Below, piece by piece: positions 26,440 through 35,665 of a stretch of DNA of 47,074 nt (the stretch's first letter is position 1; each line of letters begins with the position of its first letter). A model generated the notes under the pieces. It was not told the origin of the DNA, ran no database searches, and worked only from the letters and a program-made list of their open reading frames with translations. This stretch comes from Bacteroidota bacterium (GTDB lineage Bacteria; Bacteroidota; Bacteroidia; Chitinophagales; Chitinophagaceae): NCBI GenBank assembly GCA_026391115.1, contig JAPLER010000096.1, positions 2,097 to 49,170 of the forward strand, written 5' to 3'. Made by a program: the position numbers and the translations under genes.

Positions 26440-27720
26440 ATGATTGCAATTGTTGATTGTAATAGTTTTTATTGCTCTTGCGAAAGATTGTTTAGACCTG
26501 ATTTGGAACAGAAGCCAGTTGTTGTATTAAGCAACAACGATGGATGTATTATTTCTAGAAGTGACGAAGCCAAGCAATTAGGTGTAGCAATGGCTGGCCC
26601 ATATTTTAAAGCCAAGCCAATCATAGAACAAAATGATGTGACAGTATTTTCATCAAACTATAATTTATATGGCGATTTAAGTTGGCGTGTAATGGAAACA
26701 TTACGAGTAATGTTTGGTACAGAGAAAGTAGAAGTATATAGCGTTGACGAAGCTTTCATTAAATTAGATACAACACCACCAACAGAAATAGAAAACCTTG
26801 CTACACAAATTAAAAATACAGTAGAGCAATGGACAGGTATTAAAGTTTCTGTGGGTATTGCAGCTACAAAAGTTTTAGCAAAAGTTGCCAACAGACTTGC
26901 TAAAAAAAATAAGCAACTTACCAATTGTGTAGCTGTTATTCATACAGAAACAAAACGAATAGAAGCTCTTAAAAAAACAAATATTGACAGTGTGTGGGGC
27001 ATTGGTTTTAGCTATGCCGAAAAATTAAAAAAGCACAGAATTAATACTGCTTATGATTTAAGTTTAAAAGACATTGTATGGTGTAAAAAACATTTAGGTG
27101 GCGTTGTTGGTGTGCGTTTGGTGCAAGAGCTTAAAGGTATTCCTTGTATTACTATGCACGACGAACTAACAGATAAAAAAATGATTGCCACCACAAGAAT
27201 GTTTGGCGAAGCAGTTACCGATATTGAAAGTATTAAAGAAGCTGTTGCCACCTACACATCTCGTGCAGCAGAAAAATTACGAAGACAAAATTGTTCAGCA
27301 AAAACAATAGGCGTTTTTTTAGTAACAAAACAACAAAATCATAATGCAAGTTTTAATAGAGGTGCAACCATTACATCGCATACCAAATTAGAAGTAGCAA
27401 CATCACTAACTCATCTGTTGATAAAGCCAGCAATTGCAATGGCAGAAAGGCTTTTTCAGCAAGGAACTGTATATAAAAAAGCTGGAGTGATGCTTAGTAA
27501 TATTGTAAACGATACATCTGTTCAAGGAAATTTATTTGTCGATGAAAGCACTAATAAACAAAGATTTCTTATGGACGTTATAGATAACATAAACTTTAGT
27601 CAAAGAGATGATATGTTAAAATATGCAGCAAGTGGTACCACACGCAACTGGAAAATGCAACAGCTATTTCATAGCCCTAAATATACTAGTCGATGGAATG
27701 AGTTGTGTTTGGTGCAATAG
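26440..27720 (+). CDS. umuC: Y-family DNA polymerase, UmuC-like (translesion synthesis)
   Basis: 426 aa. MIAIVDCNSFYCSCERLF, SNNDGCIISRS and YSVDEAF are the catalytic motifs. No umuD-like gene is adjacent. Confidence 0.85.
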   Translation: MIAIVDCNSFYCSCERLFRPDLEQKPVVVLSNNDGCIISRSDEAKQLGVAMAGPYFKAKPIIEQNDVTVFSSNYNLYGDLSWRVMETLRVMFGTEKVEVYSVDEAFIKLDTTPPTEIENLATQIKNTVEQWTGIKVSVGIAATKVLAKVANRLAKKNKQLTNCVAVIHTETKRIEALKKTNIDSVWGIGFSYAEKLKKHRINTAYDLSLKDIVWCKKHLGGVVGVRLVQELKGIPCITMHDELTDKKMIATTRMFGEAVTDIESIKEAVATYTSRAAEKLRRQNCSAKTIGVFLVTKQQNHNASFNRGATITSHTKLEVATSLTHLLIKPAIAMAERLFQQGTVYKKAGVMLSNIVNDTSVQGNLFVDESTNKQRFLMDVIDNINFSQRDDMLKYAASGTTRNWKMQQLFHSPKYTSRWNELCLVQ

Positions 27721-27784
27721 AATCCCACAAATATTATTTTTCAAAAGCCAATAACCATTTTCTTTGCAACCATAAACTTGCTAA

Positions 27785-28870
27785 ATGAAAAATACACCTT
27801 TTACACACAAACACATAGAACTTGGAGCAAAAATGGCAGAATTTGCTGGTTACAATATGCCCATTAGTTACACAGGCATCAATGATGAACATTTTGCAGT
27901 ACGAAACAGTGTAGGTGTTTTTGATGTAAGCCATATGGGGGAATTTATTTTAAAAGGAGAGGGTGCTTTAGATTTAATACAACGCGTTACTACAAACGAT
28001 GCAAGCAAACTTTCCAATGGCAAAGCACAATACAGCTGCTTGCCCAATGCAACAGGAGGTATTGTAGATGATTTGATTGTTTATTGTATAGAAGAAAATA
28101 AAGTGTATATGCTTGTTGTAAATGCAAGCAATATAGAAAAAGATTGGAACTGGATACAACAACACAACACAGCCAATGTAGAAATGCATAACATTAGTGA
28201 TAAAACAGCTTTACTTGCTATACAAGGCCCCAATGCTACCAAAGCTTTACAAACATTAACTGATACAGATATTATGAACCTTAAGTATTACACTTTTACC
28301 AAAGGTGTATTTGCTGGCGTAGATAATGTTGTAATTAGTGCAACAGGCTACACCGGTGCCGGCGGTGTAGAAATTTATTTTAGAGACGAGAATGATAATG
28401 CTAATAAAATTTGGGATGCCATTTTTGAAGCTGGTAAACAATATAATATTAAGCCAATTGGTTTAGGTGCAAGAGATACCCTACGTTTAGAAATGGGTTA
28501 TTGCTTGTATGGAAATGACATAGATGACACCACATCTCCATTGGAAGCAGGTTTAGGCTGGATAACAAAGTTTACCAAAGATTTTACTGCAAAAAATATT
28601 ATTGAACAACAAAAAGTAAATGGTGTAACACGCAAGTTGTTAGGTTTTGAAATGATTGACAGAGGAATTCCTCGTCACGATTATGTTATTAAAAATCTTG
28701 CAGGCAATACAATTGGTAAGGTGTGTAGTGGTACACAAAGCCCAAGCTTAAACAAAGCCATTGGCTTAGGTTATGTAGCCGTAGAAAATGCTATTATAGA
28801 CAGTGAGGTGTTTATAGAAATAAGAAACAACTTAGTAAAAGCCAAAGTAGTAAAACTACCCTTTGCTTAA
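27785..28870 (+). CDS. gcvT: Glycine cleavage system aminomethyltransferase T
   Basis: 361 aa. [22 protein letters not shown] and [10 protein letters not shown]. Confidence 0.95.
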   Translation: MKNTPFTHKHIELGAKMAEFAGYNMPISYTGINDEHFAVRNSVGVFDVSHMGEFILKGEGALDLIQRVTTNDASKLSNGKAQYSCLPNATGGIVDDLIVYCIEENKVYMLVVNASNIEKDWNWIQQHNTANVEMHNISDKTALLAIQGPNATKALQTLTDTDIMNLKYYTFTKGVFAGVDNVVISATGYTGAGGVEIYFRDENDNANKIWDAIFEAGKQYNIKPIGLGARDTLRLEMGYCLYGNDIDDTTSPLEAGLGWITKFTKDFTAKNIIEQQKVNGVTRKLLGFEMIDRGIPRHDYVIKNLAGNTIGKVCSGTQSPSLNKAIGLGYVAVENAIIDSEVFIEIRNNLVKAKVVKLPFA

Positions 28871-28879
28871 TTATATGCT

Positions 28880-28911
28880 AAATCTCGAACTAAAAATTCG
28901 AGATTTTTTTT
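28880..28911 (+). terminator. Intrinsic terminator after gcvT
   Basis: AAATCTCGAA-CTAAAAA-TTCGAGATTT followed by a T run. Confidence 0.85.
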
Positions 28912-28930
28912 AAAATTATCATCAACATCA

Positions 28931-29287
28931 ATGCACCCAAATCATCAAATAGCTGTTAATTGGTTTAAAGCTTTTAATGAACATCAACTGGAAAATTTAT
29001 TAAGTTTATACCACGACGATGCAGAACATTATAGCCCTAAACTAAAGCTAAGAATGCCGGAAACTAATGGTTTAATAAAAGGCAAAAAGGCATTAGAGTT
29101 TTGGTGGGCAGATGCTTTTGAACGCTTACCACAACTGCATTATAAAATACTTAATATTATAGCCAATGATGAGTTTGTATTTATGGAATACATTCGTACA
29201 ACACCTAATGAACCAGACTTGCAAGTGGGCGAAGTGTTGGTTATTAAAGATGGTAAAATAGTAGCGTCAAGAGTTTATCATTCTTAA
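28931..29287 (+). CDS. NTF2/SnoaL-like small protein
   Basis: 118 aa. The size and the pattern (W.KAFNEHQLENLLSLYHDDAEHYSP...) fit SnoaL-like folds. The functional call is weak. Confidence 0.5.
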   Translation: MHPNHQIAVNWFKAFNEHQLENLLSLYHDDAEHYSPKLKLRMPETNGLIKGKKALEFWWADAFERLPQLHYKILNIIANDEFVFMEYIRTTPNEPDLQVGEVLVIKDGKIVASRVYHS

Positions 29288-29293
29288 CCAAAA

Positions 29294-29322
29294 TGCTAAA
29301 CATAAAAAAATTATGTTTAGCA
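29294..29322. terminator. Hairpin terminator between convergent genes
   Basis: A 12-bp perfect stem TGCTAAACATAA/TTATGTTTAGCA with an A5 loop. A TTTT run follows on the minus strand, downstream of the gene ending at 29377. Confidence 0.65.
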
Positions 29323-29376
29323 CAATGTGTTAAGTTAAGTATGCTCGGTTTTTAACTAAAATGCTATTAAATCTAA

Positions 29377-29667
29377 CTATAGTGTAATAACACTGTTCGT
29401 TTCGCCATAAACATTAGGTTCAAATTTGTCAGCAGTGGTATCATTAATCCACTCTTTCTCATCAATTAAATATTTGAACTCGTGTGTAGAATCTTTTGGT
29501 AGGTTTACTTCAACAACAAAACTGTTGTCTTTTTTCTTTTTCATTTCAACCGAGTTTTCCCAGTCGTTATTTAAACCAATCACAGCAATAGTTTCAGCTG
29601 TTTCGCTTTCAATTAAAAATTTTACTTTACAATAATCTTTAGTTTTGAAATAAGTTTTTTGAATCAT
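29377..29667 (-). CDS. Stand-alone CBM48 / AMPK-beta-like glycogen-binding domain protein
   Basis: 96 aa. VKFLIESETAETIAVIGLNNDWE...EFKYLIDEKEWINDTTADKFEPN is typical of the isoamylase N-terminal (early set) domain. Confidence 0.6.
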   Translation of the reverse strand: MIQKTYFKTKDYCKVKFLIESETAETIAVIGLNNDWENSVEMKKKKDNSFVVEVNLPKDSTHEFKYLIDEKEWINDTTADKFEPNVYGETNSVITL

Positions 29668-29823
29668 TTGTATTAATGTTGATTAAATAAAATTCACAAG
29701 CAAAACAATCGTGGCAAAAACCAGTTAAGGTTGCACTTAATACTTATTAATCCAAAAGGTAACCCAATATTATACTACTTATTCTTTTGTATAAAATATT
29801 CAATACTATAAACACTACAAACC

Positions 29824-29831
29824 TATTTTTG
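29824..29831 (+). promoter_or_regulatory. -7 promoter box TAttTTTG, 4 nt from the ATG
   Basis: Exact TAnnTTTG match. The ATG is at 29836. Confidence 0.4.
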
Positions 29832-29835
29832 AAAA

Positions 29836-30819
29836 ATGACACATCCTTTGTTGCAAATTATTGATTTAAACAAACAATTGCCCAAAGGGTTTTCTATTAA
29901 AAATATTAGCTTCAATCAATACTTTCAACAGAAAATTGCAATAGTTGGAATATCTGGTGCAGGAAAATCCACATTGTTAAAAATGATTGCAGGGTTGCTA
30001 CAACCAACATCGGGAAAAATAATTTTTAATAATGAAAGAGTAATTGGACCAGATGAACAACTACTTCCTGGACATAAAAAAATTGGCTATCTTTCTCAGC
30101 ATTACGAATTATTAAACAATTATATAGTTAAAGATTTAATACTATTTGAAAATAAGTTAACAGAACAAGAAACAGAAAGTTTGTTTACGATTTGCCGTAT
30201 CAATCATTTGTTATTACGCAAAACAAATGAACTAAGTGGTGGAGAAAAACAACGTATAAGTTTGTGTATGTTATTGGTTAAAAAGCCTCAATTATTGTTG
30301 CTTGACGAGCCTTTTAGTAATTTAGATTTAATACACAAAACCACTTTAAAAAAAGTTTTAGAAGATATATCTGATAAACTTAAAATTACAACACTACTTG
30401 CGTCTCACGACCCATCAGACATTTTAAGTTGGGCAAATGAAATAATAGTGATAAAAGATGGTTCAATAATGCAACAAGCCAGTGCAACTATTATTTATAA
30501 CCAACCTATAAATGAGTATGTAGCAGGACTTTTAGGAATATATAATTTCCTAAATGATACACAGTTATTAGTTATAACTAATGAACATTTTAGTGAAGGA
30601 AATTATATCATTCGCCCACAACACATTTCTATTGCAACAATTAACAATGCAATGTTTAGTGGCAAAGTAGTGGGTATTAATTTTTTTGGAAACTATTATT
30701 TAGCAAATGTTTTAGTTGATGATTTTATAATTACAATAATGCTTTTAAATAAAGATGTGCAGTTAAATGAGTTAGTGAGTTTAAGTGTAGATAAAAACAA
30801 AATATGGAAACTTAGCTAA
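29836..30819 (+). CDS. ABC transporter ATP-binding protein (importer-type with a C-terminal regulatory-like domain); no permease gene nearby
   Basis: 327 aa. Walker A GISGAGKST, signature LSGGEKQRISL, Walker B LLLDEPFSNLD and H-loop ASHD. Confidence 0.85.
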   Translation: MTHPLLQIIDLNKQLPKGFSIKNISFNQYFQQKIAIVGISGAGKSTLLKMIAGLLQPTSGKIIFNNERVIGPDEQLLPGHKKIGYLSQHYELLNNYIVKDLILFENKLTEQETESLFTICRINHLLLRKTNELSGGEKQRISLCMLLVKKPQLLLLDEPFSNLDLIHKTTLKKVLEDISDKLKITTLLASHDPSDILSWANEIIVIKDGSIMQQASATIIYNQPINEYVAGLLGIYNFLNDTQLLVITNEHFSEGNYIIRPQHISIATINNAMFSGKVVGINFFGNYYLANVLVDDFIITIMLLNKDVQLNELVSLSVDKNKIWKLS

Positions 30820-30908
30820 TTTGCTTTATCATCTTTTAATAAAAGTTTTCAAAAATCAAAAAAGCAACTCTTTGCAAAGCATCTACTTTTACATCTTAAG
30901 TTTTAAAA

Positions 30909-31949
30909 ATGTTCAAAAAAATTGTATTTATAAGTTTACTAATGCTTCTTTTTTCTTGTAAAAGTAAAAAAAATGATGATAAAACAAAAGCTCCAATAAC
31001 GCCAGCAACTATTGTTGATGTTGTAGTTGCATTTACTAAATCTATTGATAATACCATTGAGGCAAATGGAACTGTTTTACCAAATGAACAAGTTGAAATT
31101 CATCCAGAAATTAGTGGAAGACTTACTTATTTAAATATACCAGAAGGTGCGTCTGTTGCAGCAGGAACCATACTTGCAAAAATTAATGATGCAGATTTGC
31201 AAGCTCAACTTAATAAATTTAAAGTTCAATTAGAATTAGCAATTAAAACCGAACAAAGACTTAAAAAATTAATCTCAATAAATGGTATCAATCAGGCGGA
31301 CTATGATGTTGCTGCAAACACAGTAAACAATCTTAAAGCTGATATAGATATTACCAAAGCACAAATAGATAAAACAGTTATTAAAGCTGCTTTTAGTGGT
31401 GTGTTGGGTTTAAGAAATATTAGTCCAGGTGCTTATATAACACCACAAACTTCTTTGGCCACATTACAACAAATTAGTAAAACAAAGATTGACTTTACAT
31501 TGCCAGAGCAATATACACATCTTATTGAAAAAGGGAAAGTAATAAATGTTGTTACTAACTATAATAAAACCAAATTGCAAGCTACAATTATTGCAACAGA
31601 ACCAGAAATGAATAATACAACCCGTAACTTAAAAGTTAGAGCTGTGTTAAATGATGGTAATTTACAAGCAGGTTCTTTTGTTAAAATAAAACTACAAGCA
31701 GGCAGTAATAATCAAAGTATATTAATACCAACCAATGCCATTATACCTGATGCAGACAGTAAAAAATTAGTTGTTATAAAAGATGGCAAAGGCAAATATG
31801 TATCTGTAGAAACTGGTATTAGATCAGCCAACAATGTTGAAATTACAAAAGGAATTAGTATTGGCGATAGTGTTATTGTTACTGGTGTTTTATTTGTAAA
31901 ACCCAATAGTGCTGTTAAAGTAAAAAAGGTATTGGAAATAAAAGAATAA
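30909..31949 (+). CDS. Efflux RND periplasmic adaptor (membrane fusion) lipoprotein
   Basis: 346 aa. Lipobox LLFSCKSKK, a lipoyl-like hairpin (GTILAKINDADLQAQL), a coiled coil, and a beta-barrel/MP domain. Confidence 0.85.
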   Translation: MFKKIVFISLLMLLFSCKSKKNDDKTKAPITPATIVDVVVAFTKSIDNTIEANGTVLPNEQVEIHPEISGRLTYLNIPEGASVAAGTILAKINDADLQAQLNKFKVQLELAIKTEQRLKKLISINGINQADYDVAANTVNNLKADIDITKAQIDKTVIKAAFSGVLGLRNISPGAYITPQTSLATLQQISKTKIDFTLPEQYTHLIEKGKVINVVTNYNKTKLQATIIATEPEMNNTTRNLKVRAVLNDGNLQAGSFVKIKLQAGSNNQSILIPTNAIIPDADSKKLVVIKDGKGKYVSVETGIRSANNVEITKGISIGDSVIVTGVLFVKPNSAVKVKKVLEIKE

Positions 31950-31976
31950 GCTAATTAATACCTAGCTTATTCTTTT
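31943..31976. terminator. Intrinsic terminator overlapping the adaptor stop codon
   Basis: An 11-bp perfect stem AGAATAAGCTA/TAGCTTATTCT followed by TTT. It sits between convergent gene ends 31949 (+) and 31987 (-). Confidence 0.75.
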
Positions 31977-31986
31977 AAATATTGTA

Positions 31987-33576
31987 CTAAAAATTGGTAG
32001 TAAGTGTAGCAGTAAATCCATAAGATGCAGGAACAAATCTGCACACACCGCCAACACAAAATAATCCTGCACGCTGCTTGCCAAAACCTAAACTAAACCT
32101 TGTTGCATCTTTTGTTACACTTGCTCCAACATTATAGTAATGTGTTTTAGTATCGCCATAATTGTATAAATCGCTGGCGTAAAAACTATATCTAGCAGAT
32201 AAAGAAACTTCAACTAAAGCAGCTGCCCAGTTTTTATAATCTTCATTTGTAAATAAATGTTCAACTCTAAACTTGATTGATTTTTGAGAAGCAAACTTAT
32301 ATACACCACCAAGAGCAACAACAGAGCTTAAAACGTCTTCGTGTCCTGCAGCTTGAATTTTTGAAGCATTGTAAAATATATTTTGTATACCTAAAGTAAT
32401 ATCAAGTTTCTTGTTCCACCTTTTTTTAAGTTCAATATTTACATCTCTGTAATATGTTTCATTTCCAATGCTTGTAATAGCACCTTTTTCTTTTAAAGAA
32501 CCATAGTAAGAACAGTTGAATGCAAGCTTTGCTCCATTTTTGCCACCAAGTTTACTCCCTTTTCTAAAATTATAAAAAAAATCTGCCTGAAAGCCTGTTT
32601 CACCCATTGACTGTGTATTGTAAACATATATGTTACTAGTTAGATAATCTTGTTGTTTAGTAAGTGCTGGCAAATAATTAACAGCAAGTTGTGTTGCAAA
32701 TTCAACTTCCCGCTCTGCTCTAAAATCCATATTATACATAGCCCTTGCTGTAAGGTTTATACCAAAATTATTTCCTGTAAAACTTGAATTGATGTATAAA
32801 GCTTTTCCTTCATCCATAATATTTCCATTAATATTATGAGGATCACTTTTTTTATTTACATATTCTACATCAACATTAAAATTATTACTAGCTACAGCAA
32901 GTCTTGTTGCATAAGCATTTACTGTTGAAGGATAGTCATCTATTGGGCCTGTATATTCCTGAAAACGACCAACATAGCTGCCGCCTATGTTTACTGTAGT
33001 ACTTGTAGGTTTACTCAAAAATATTTTTGTAATATCAAATTCTGCATCTGCACCTCTAACAATAGAGTTGGCATAGTCAAACATTTTTCTTGTTTTGCCA
33101 TACAACGCTTTTATTTTCATAAAATTTGTAGGTGCTACATTTATGTTTACTCCTTCCAATGCATTATTAATACCTATTTGACGATTTTCAAAACTTCTTA
33201 AAATCATTCCACTACCAAACTGCTCATAGAAATCTCCTACTTGGATACTAAAATTCTTCTCGGTATACTTGAAATATTTATTTACCATTTTACTACTATT
33301 TAATGGTAAATCATAATAACCAAGTATAGATGGCATATAACTTTCGTATTGAATGCCCATCATTAATTTACCATACGTGTAGTCTAATTTAAAAAAATTA
33401 TTAGAGCCCAATTTATCCTGTGGCACAGTTGTTCCAATACTTTCATCTTTTAAATAGTATTGAGAGTAGCTTTCAAAACTACCAGTAACGTGTCCTTTGA
33501 TGCTATCAAATAAATGCTGAGAAAATGAGTTATAAGATATAACAATGGCAATTGATGCCAAAAAGACTTTTTTCAT
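31987..33576 (-). CDS. Predicted outer-membrane beta-barrel, DUF6029-like
   Basis: 529 aa. Signal peptide; GDFYEQFGSGMILRSFENRQIGINNALEG motif; C-terminal ...LFCVGGVCRFVPASYGFTATLTTNF with a terminal Phe. The family assignment is from memory, not from a search. Confidence 0.6.
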   Translation of the reverse strand: MKKVFLASIAIVISYNSFSQHLFDSIKGHVTGSFESYSQYYLKDESIGTTVPQDKLGSNNFFKLDYTYGKLMMGIQYESYMPSILGYYDLPLNSSKMVNKYFKYTEKNFSIQVGDFYEQFGSGMILRSFENRQIGINNALEGVNINVAPTNFMKIKALYGKTRKMFDYANSIVRGADAEFDITKIFLSKPTSTTVNIGGSYVGRFQEYTGPIDDYPSTVNAYATRLAVASNNFNVDVEYVNKKSDPHNINGNIMDEGKALYINSSFTGNNFGINLTARAMYNMDFRAEREVEFATQLAVNYLPALTKQQDYLTSNIYVYNTQSMGETGFQADFFYNFRKGSKLGGKNGAKLAFNCSYYGSLKEKGAITSIGNETYYRDVNIELKKRWNKKLDITLGIQNIFYNASKIQAAGHEDVLSSVVALGGVYKFASQKSIKFRVEHLFTNEDYKNWAAALVEVSLSARYSFYASDLYNYGDTKTHYYNVGASVTKDATRFSLGFGKQRAGLFCVGGVCRFVPASYGFTATLTTNF

Positions 33577-33593
33577 TCTATATTTTTTTGAAT

Positions 33594-34082
33594 TTATTTT
33601 AAGCTTTGGATTTCTTTAAGCAAGTTATCTTCTTCTCCTGCTATATAGCCTGTATGGCGATAAACTATTTTATTATTTTTTAAAATTAAAACGTGTGGTA
33701 CATCTGTAACAGATAGTGTTCTCTTTAATTCGCTATTTATGTCTAAAAAAACGTCAAATTGCCAACCCTTACCCTTTACAAAAGATTTTACTCGTTGTGA
33801 TGTTCTAGTATCATCAATTGCAATTCCAATAAATTTAAATGTTGTTTTGGCTTGCCATTCTTTTAACTCATCATTAATGTTATCTAACTCTGCAATGCAA
33901 GGTATGCACCAAGTTGCCCAAAAAGACACAACAACTAATGTGTCTTTTACATTTGAAATATCCGAAAAATTAACTTCTTGTCCGTTTATATTTTTTAGTT
34001 TAACATTAAAATTATCTTGCGTGTATGTATTTGACAATAAAACAAAAAAAAGAAATGAGCAGTAAAATAATTTTAGTTTCAT
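33594..34082 (-). CDS. TlpA/ResA-like exported thiol-disulfide oxidoreductase
   Basis: ORF 33594-34127. The likely start is the Met at 34082 (MKLKLFYCSFLFFVLL signal). It has the thioredoxin motif FWATWCIPC, with CIPC at 33897-33908. Confidence 0.85.
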   Translation of the reverse strand: MKLKLFYCSFLFFVLLSNTYTQDNFNVKLKNINGQEVNFSDISNVKDTLVVVSFWATWCIPCIAELDNINDELKEWQAKTTFKFIGIAIDDTRTSQRVKSFVKGKGWQFDVFLDINSELKRTLSVTDVPHVLILKNNKIVYRHTGYIAGEEDNLLKEIQSLK

Positions 34083-34171
34083 ATATAATTTTATGCAAAT
34101 AAATAGTTTTTTAAAAAATATAAACATATTATTTCCAGCCCTTTATCTTTAACCTCTAAAAATATTCATCA

Positions 34172-35521
34172 ATGAAAAAAAATCGTTTCTTATTGCTCTT
34201 GACATTCACTTGCTCTCTATTTATTTTCTCTTGTAAAAAGGATAACAATAGTGGTGGTGGCACAGGTAATGCAACAACTGCATTAACTTTATCTTTAAGT
34301 AGTAACACAATTAATTTAAGTAATCCACAGCCTGTAACAGTAACAGTTGTTAATCAATCTGGTGCCGATGTTACATCTCAATGTGCTATTAAAGTAAATG
34401 GGGTTGTACTTTACTCTTCAACTTATACACCATCTTCAGTTGGAAGTTTTACTTTTGTTGCAACAAAAGATAGTATTACTTCTAACACTTCAACACTAAC
34501 TGTTACAAATAGTTCTACATCATCTGGAGATTCTTTATACGTTTCTCTTTCAACATCTACAATCCAGTTTAATGATTTTGATTATACCACAATTACAGTT
34601 AACGACAAAAATGGTACTGATATAACAAGCACTTGTCAATTATTAGTAGATGGTGCTGGAATTTCTTCAAGAAATTATGTTGGAGAGTCTCTTGGAAATC
34701 ATAACATTACTGCTCAAAAAGGCTCTACACCTTCTACATCAAAAGTATTATCAGTAGTTACAGCGACTCCTTCACCTTTTACACAAAAACTTTTAGTAGA
34801 AGACGCAACTGGTGCTTGGTGTGGCTTTTGCACAAGAATAGCTAACTCTTTGGAAAATTATAAATCAAATCATCCAAATTGTATAGTAGTAGCAATACAT
34901 GGAGGTGGTGGCACAGATCCTTATAAGTATCAATATTACACCAATTTTAATTCAACATTTGGAGTAACAGCTTATCCAACTGCTATAGTTAATAGATCAG
35001 GTACTTGGTCAGAAAATGCAAGTGAATTAAATACGGCTTTAACAAAATGGGCTCCTCTTGGGCTTGCTATTGAAAGTAGTGTTAGTGGAACTAACATCAC
35101 TGGTAAAGCAAAAGTAAAATTTAATGTAACTACCAATAAATCAATGAAAATTATAGTGGCACTTGTAGAAAATGGATTAGTGTTTCCTCAAACAAATTAC
35201 TATTCTCCTAGTTCTGGTTATACACCTTATTTATATGGTGGTGCAAATCCTATTTCAAACTTTACACATAATGGTGTAATGAGAAGAGCTGCAACCAATT
35301 TATTTGGAGATGCTATTCCATCAACTAGTCAGTTAAAAAATAATATATATGAACTAGCATTTACAATACCAACAACAGGTGTAACATCTTCTGGTGCTAA
35401 TTTTACAGTTGTACCAGCAAATTGTTCTATTGTTGCCTATGTTGTAGATGGTACAAGTAATAATAAAGGTGTTTATAATGTTCAATCTGCTACTGTAGGC
35501 ACTGTTAAAAATTTCGATTAA
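34172..35521 (+). CDS. Omp28-related lipoprotein with two N-terminal Ig-like repeats and a thioredoxin-like WCGFC motif
   Basis: 449 aa. Lipobox LFIFSCKKDNN; two ~80-aa internal repeats; EDATGAWCGFCTRIA (CGFC at 34820-34831), as in the Omp28 family. Confidence 0.6.
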   Translation: MKKNRFLLLLTFTCSLFIFSCKKDNNSGGGTGNATTALTLSLSSNTINLSNPQPVTVTVVNQSGADVTSQCAIKVNGVVLYSSTYTPSSVGSFTFVATKDSITSNTSTLTVTNSSTSSGDSLYVSLSTSTIQFNDFDYTTITVNDKNGTDITSTCQLLVDGAGISSRNYVGESLGNHNITAQKGSTPSTSKVLSVVTATPSPFTQKLLVEDATGAWCGFCTRIANSLENYKSNHPNCIVVAIHGGGGTDPYKYQYYTNFNSTFGVTAYPTAIVNRSGTWSENASELNTALTKWAPLGLAIESSVSGTNITGKAKVKFNVTTNKSMKIIVALVENGLVFPQTNYYSPSSGYTPYLYGGANPISNFTHNGVMRRAATNLFGDAIPSTSQLKNNIYELAFTIPTTGVTSSGANFTVVPANCSIVAYVVDGTSNNKGVYNVQSATVGTVKNFD

Positions 35522-35551
35522 AAGATTTCTAAGAATTATTATTAAGCTGTA

Positions 35552-35583
35552 AAAGGGCGTGTAATTATTTATACGCCCTTTTC
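35552..35583 (+). terminator. Intrinsic terminator
   Basis: AAAGGGCGT-loop-ACGCCCTTT followed by T residues. Confidence 0.75.
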
Positions 35584-35653
35584 ACATTTAGTTACAATTA
35601 AAATCTTTATTCTCATATCGTAAATAATTAATAAAATAGTATATAAGCAACAG

Positions 35654-35661
35654 TAATTTTG
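35654..35661 (+). promoter_or_regulatory. -7 promoter box TAatTTTG, 4 nt from the RND pump ATG
   Basis: Exact TAnnTTTG match. The ATG is at 35666. Confidence 0.45.
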
Positions 35662-35665
35662 TTAT

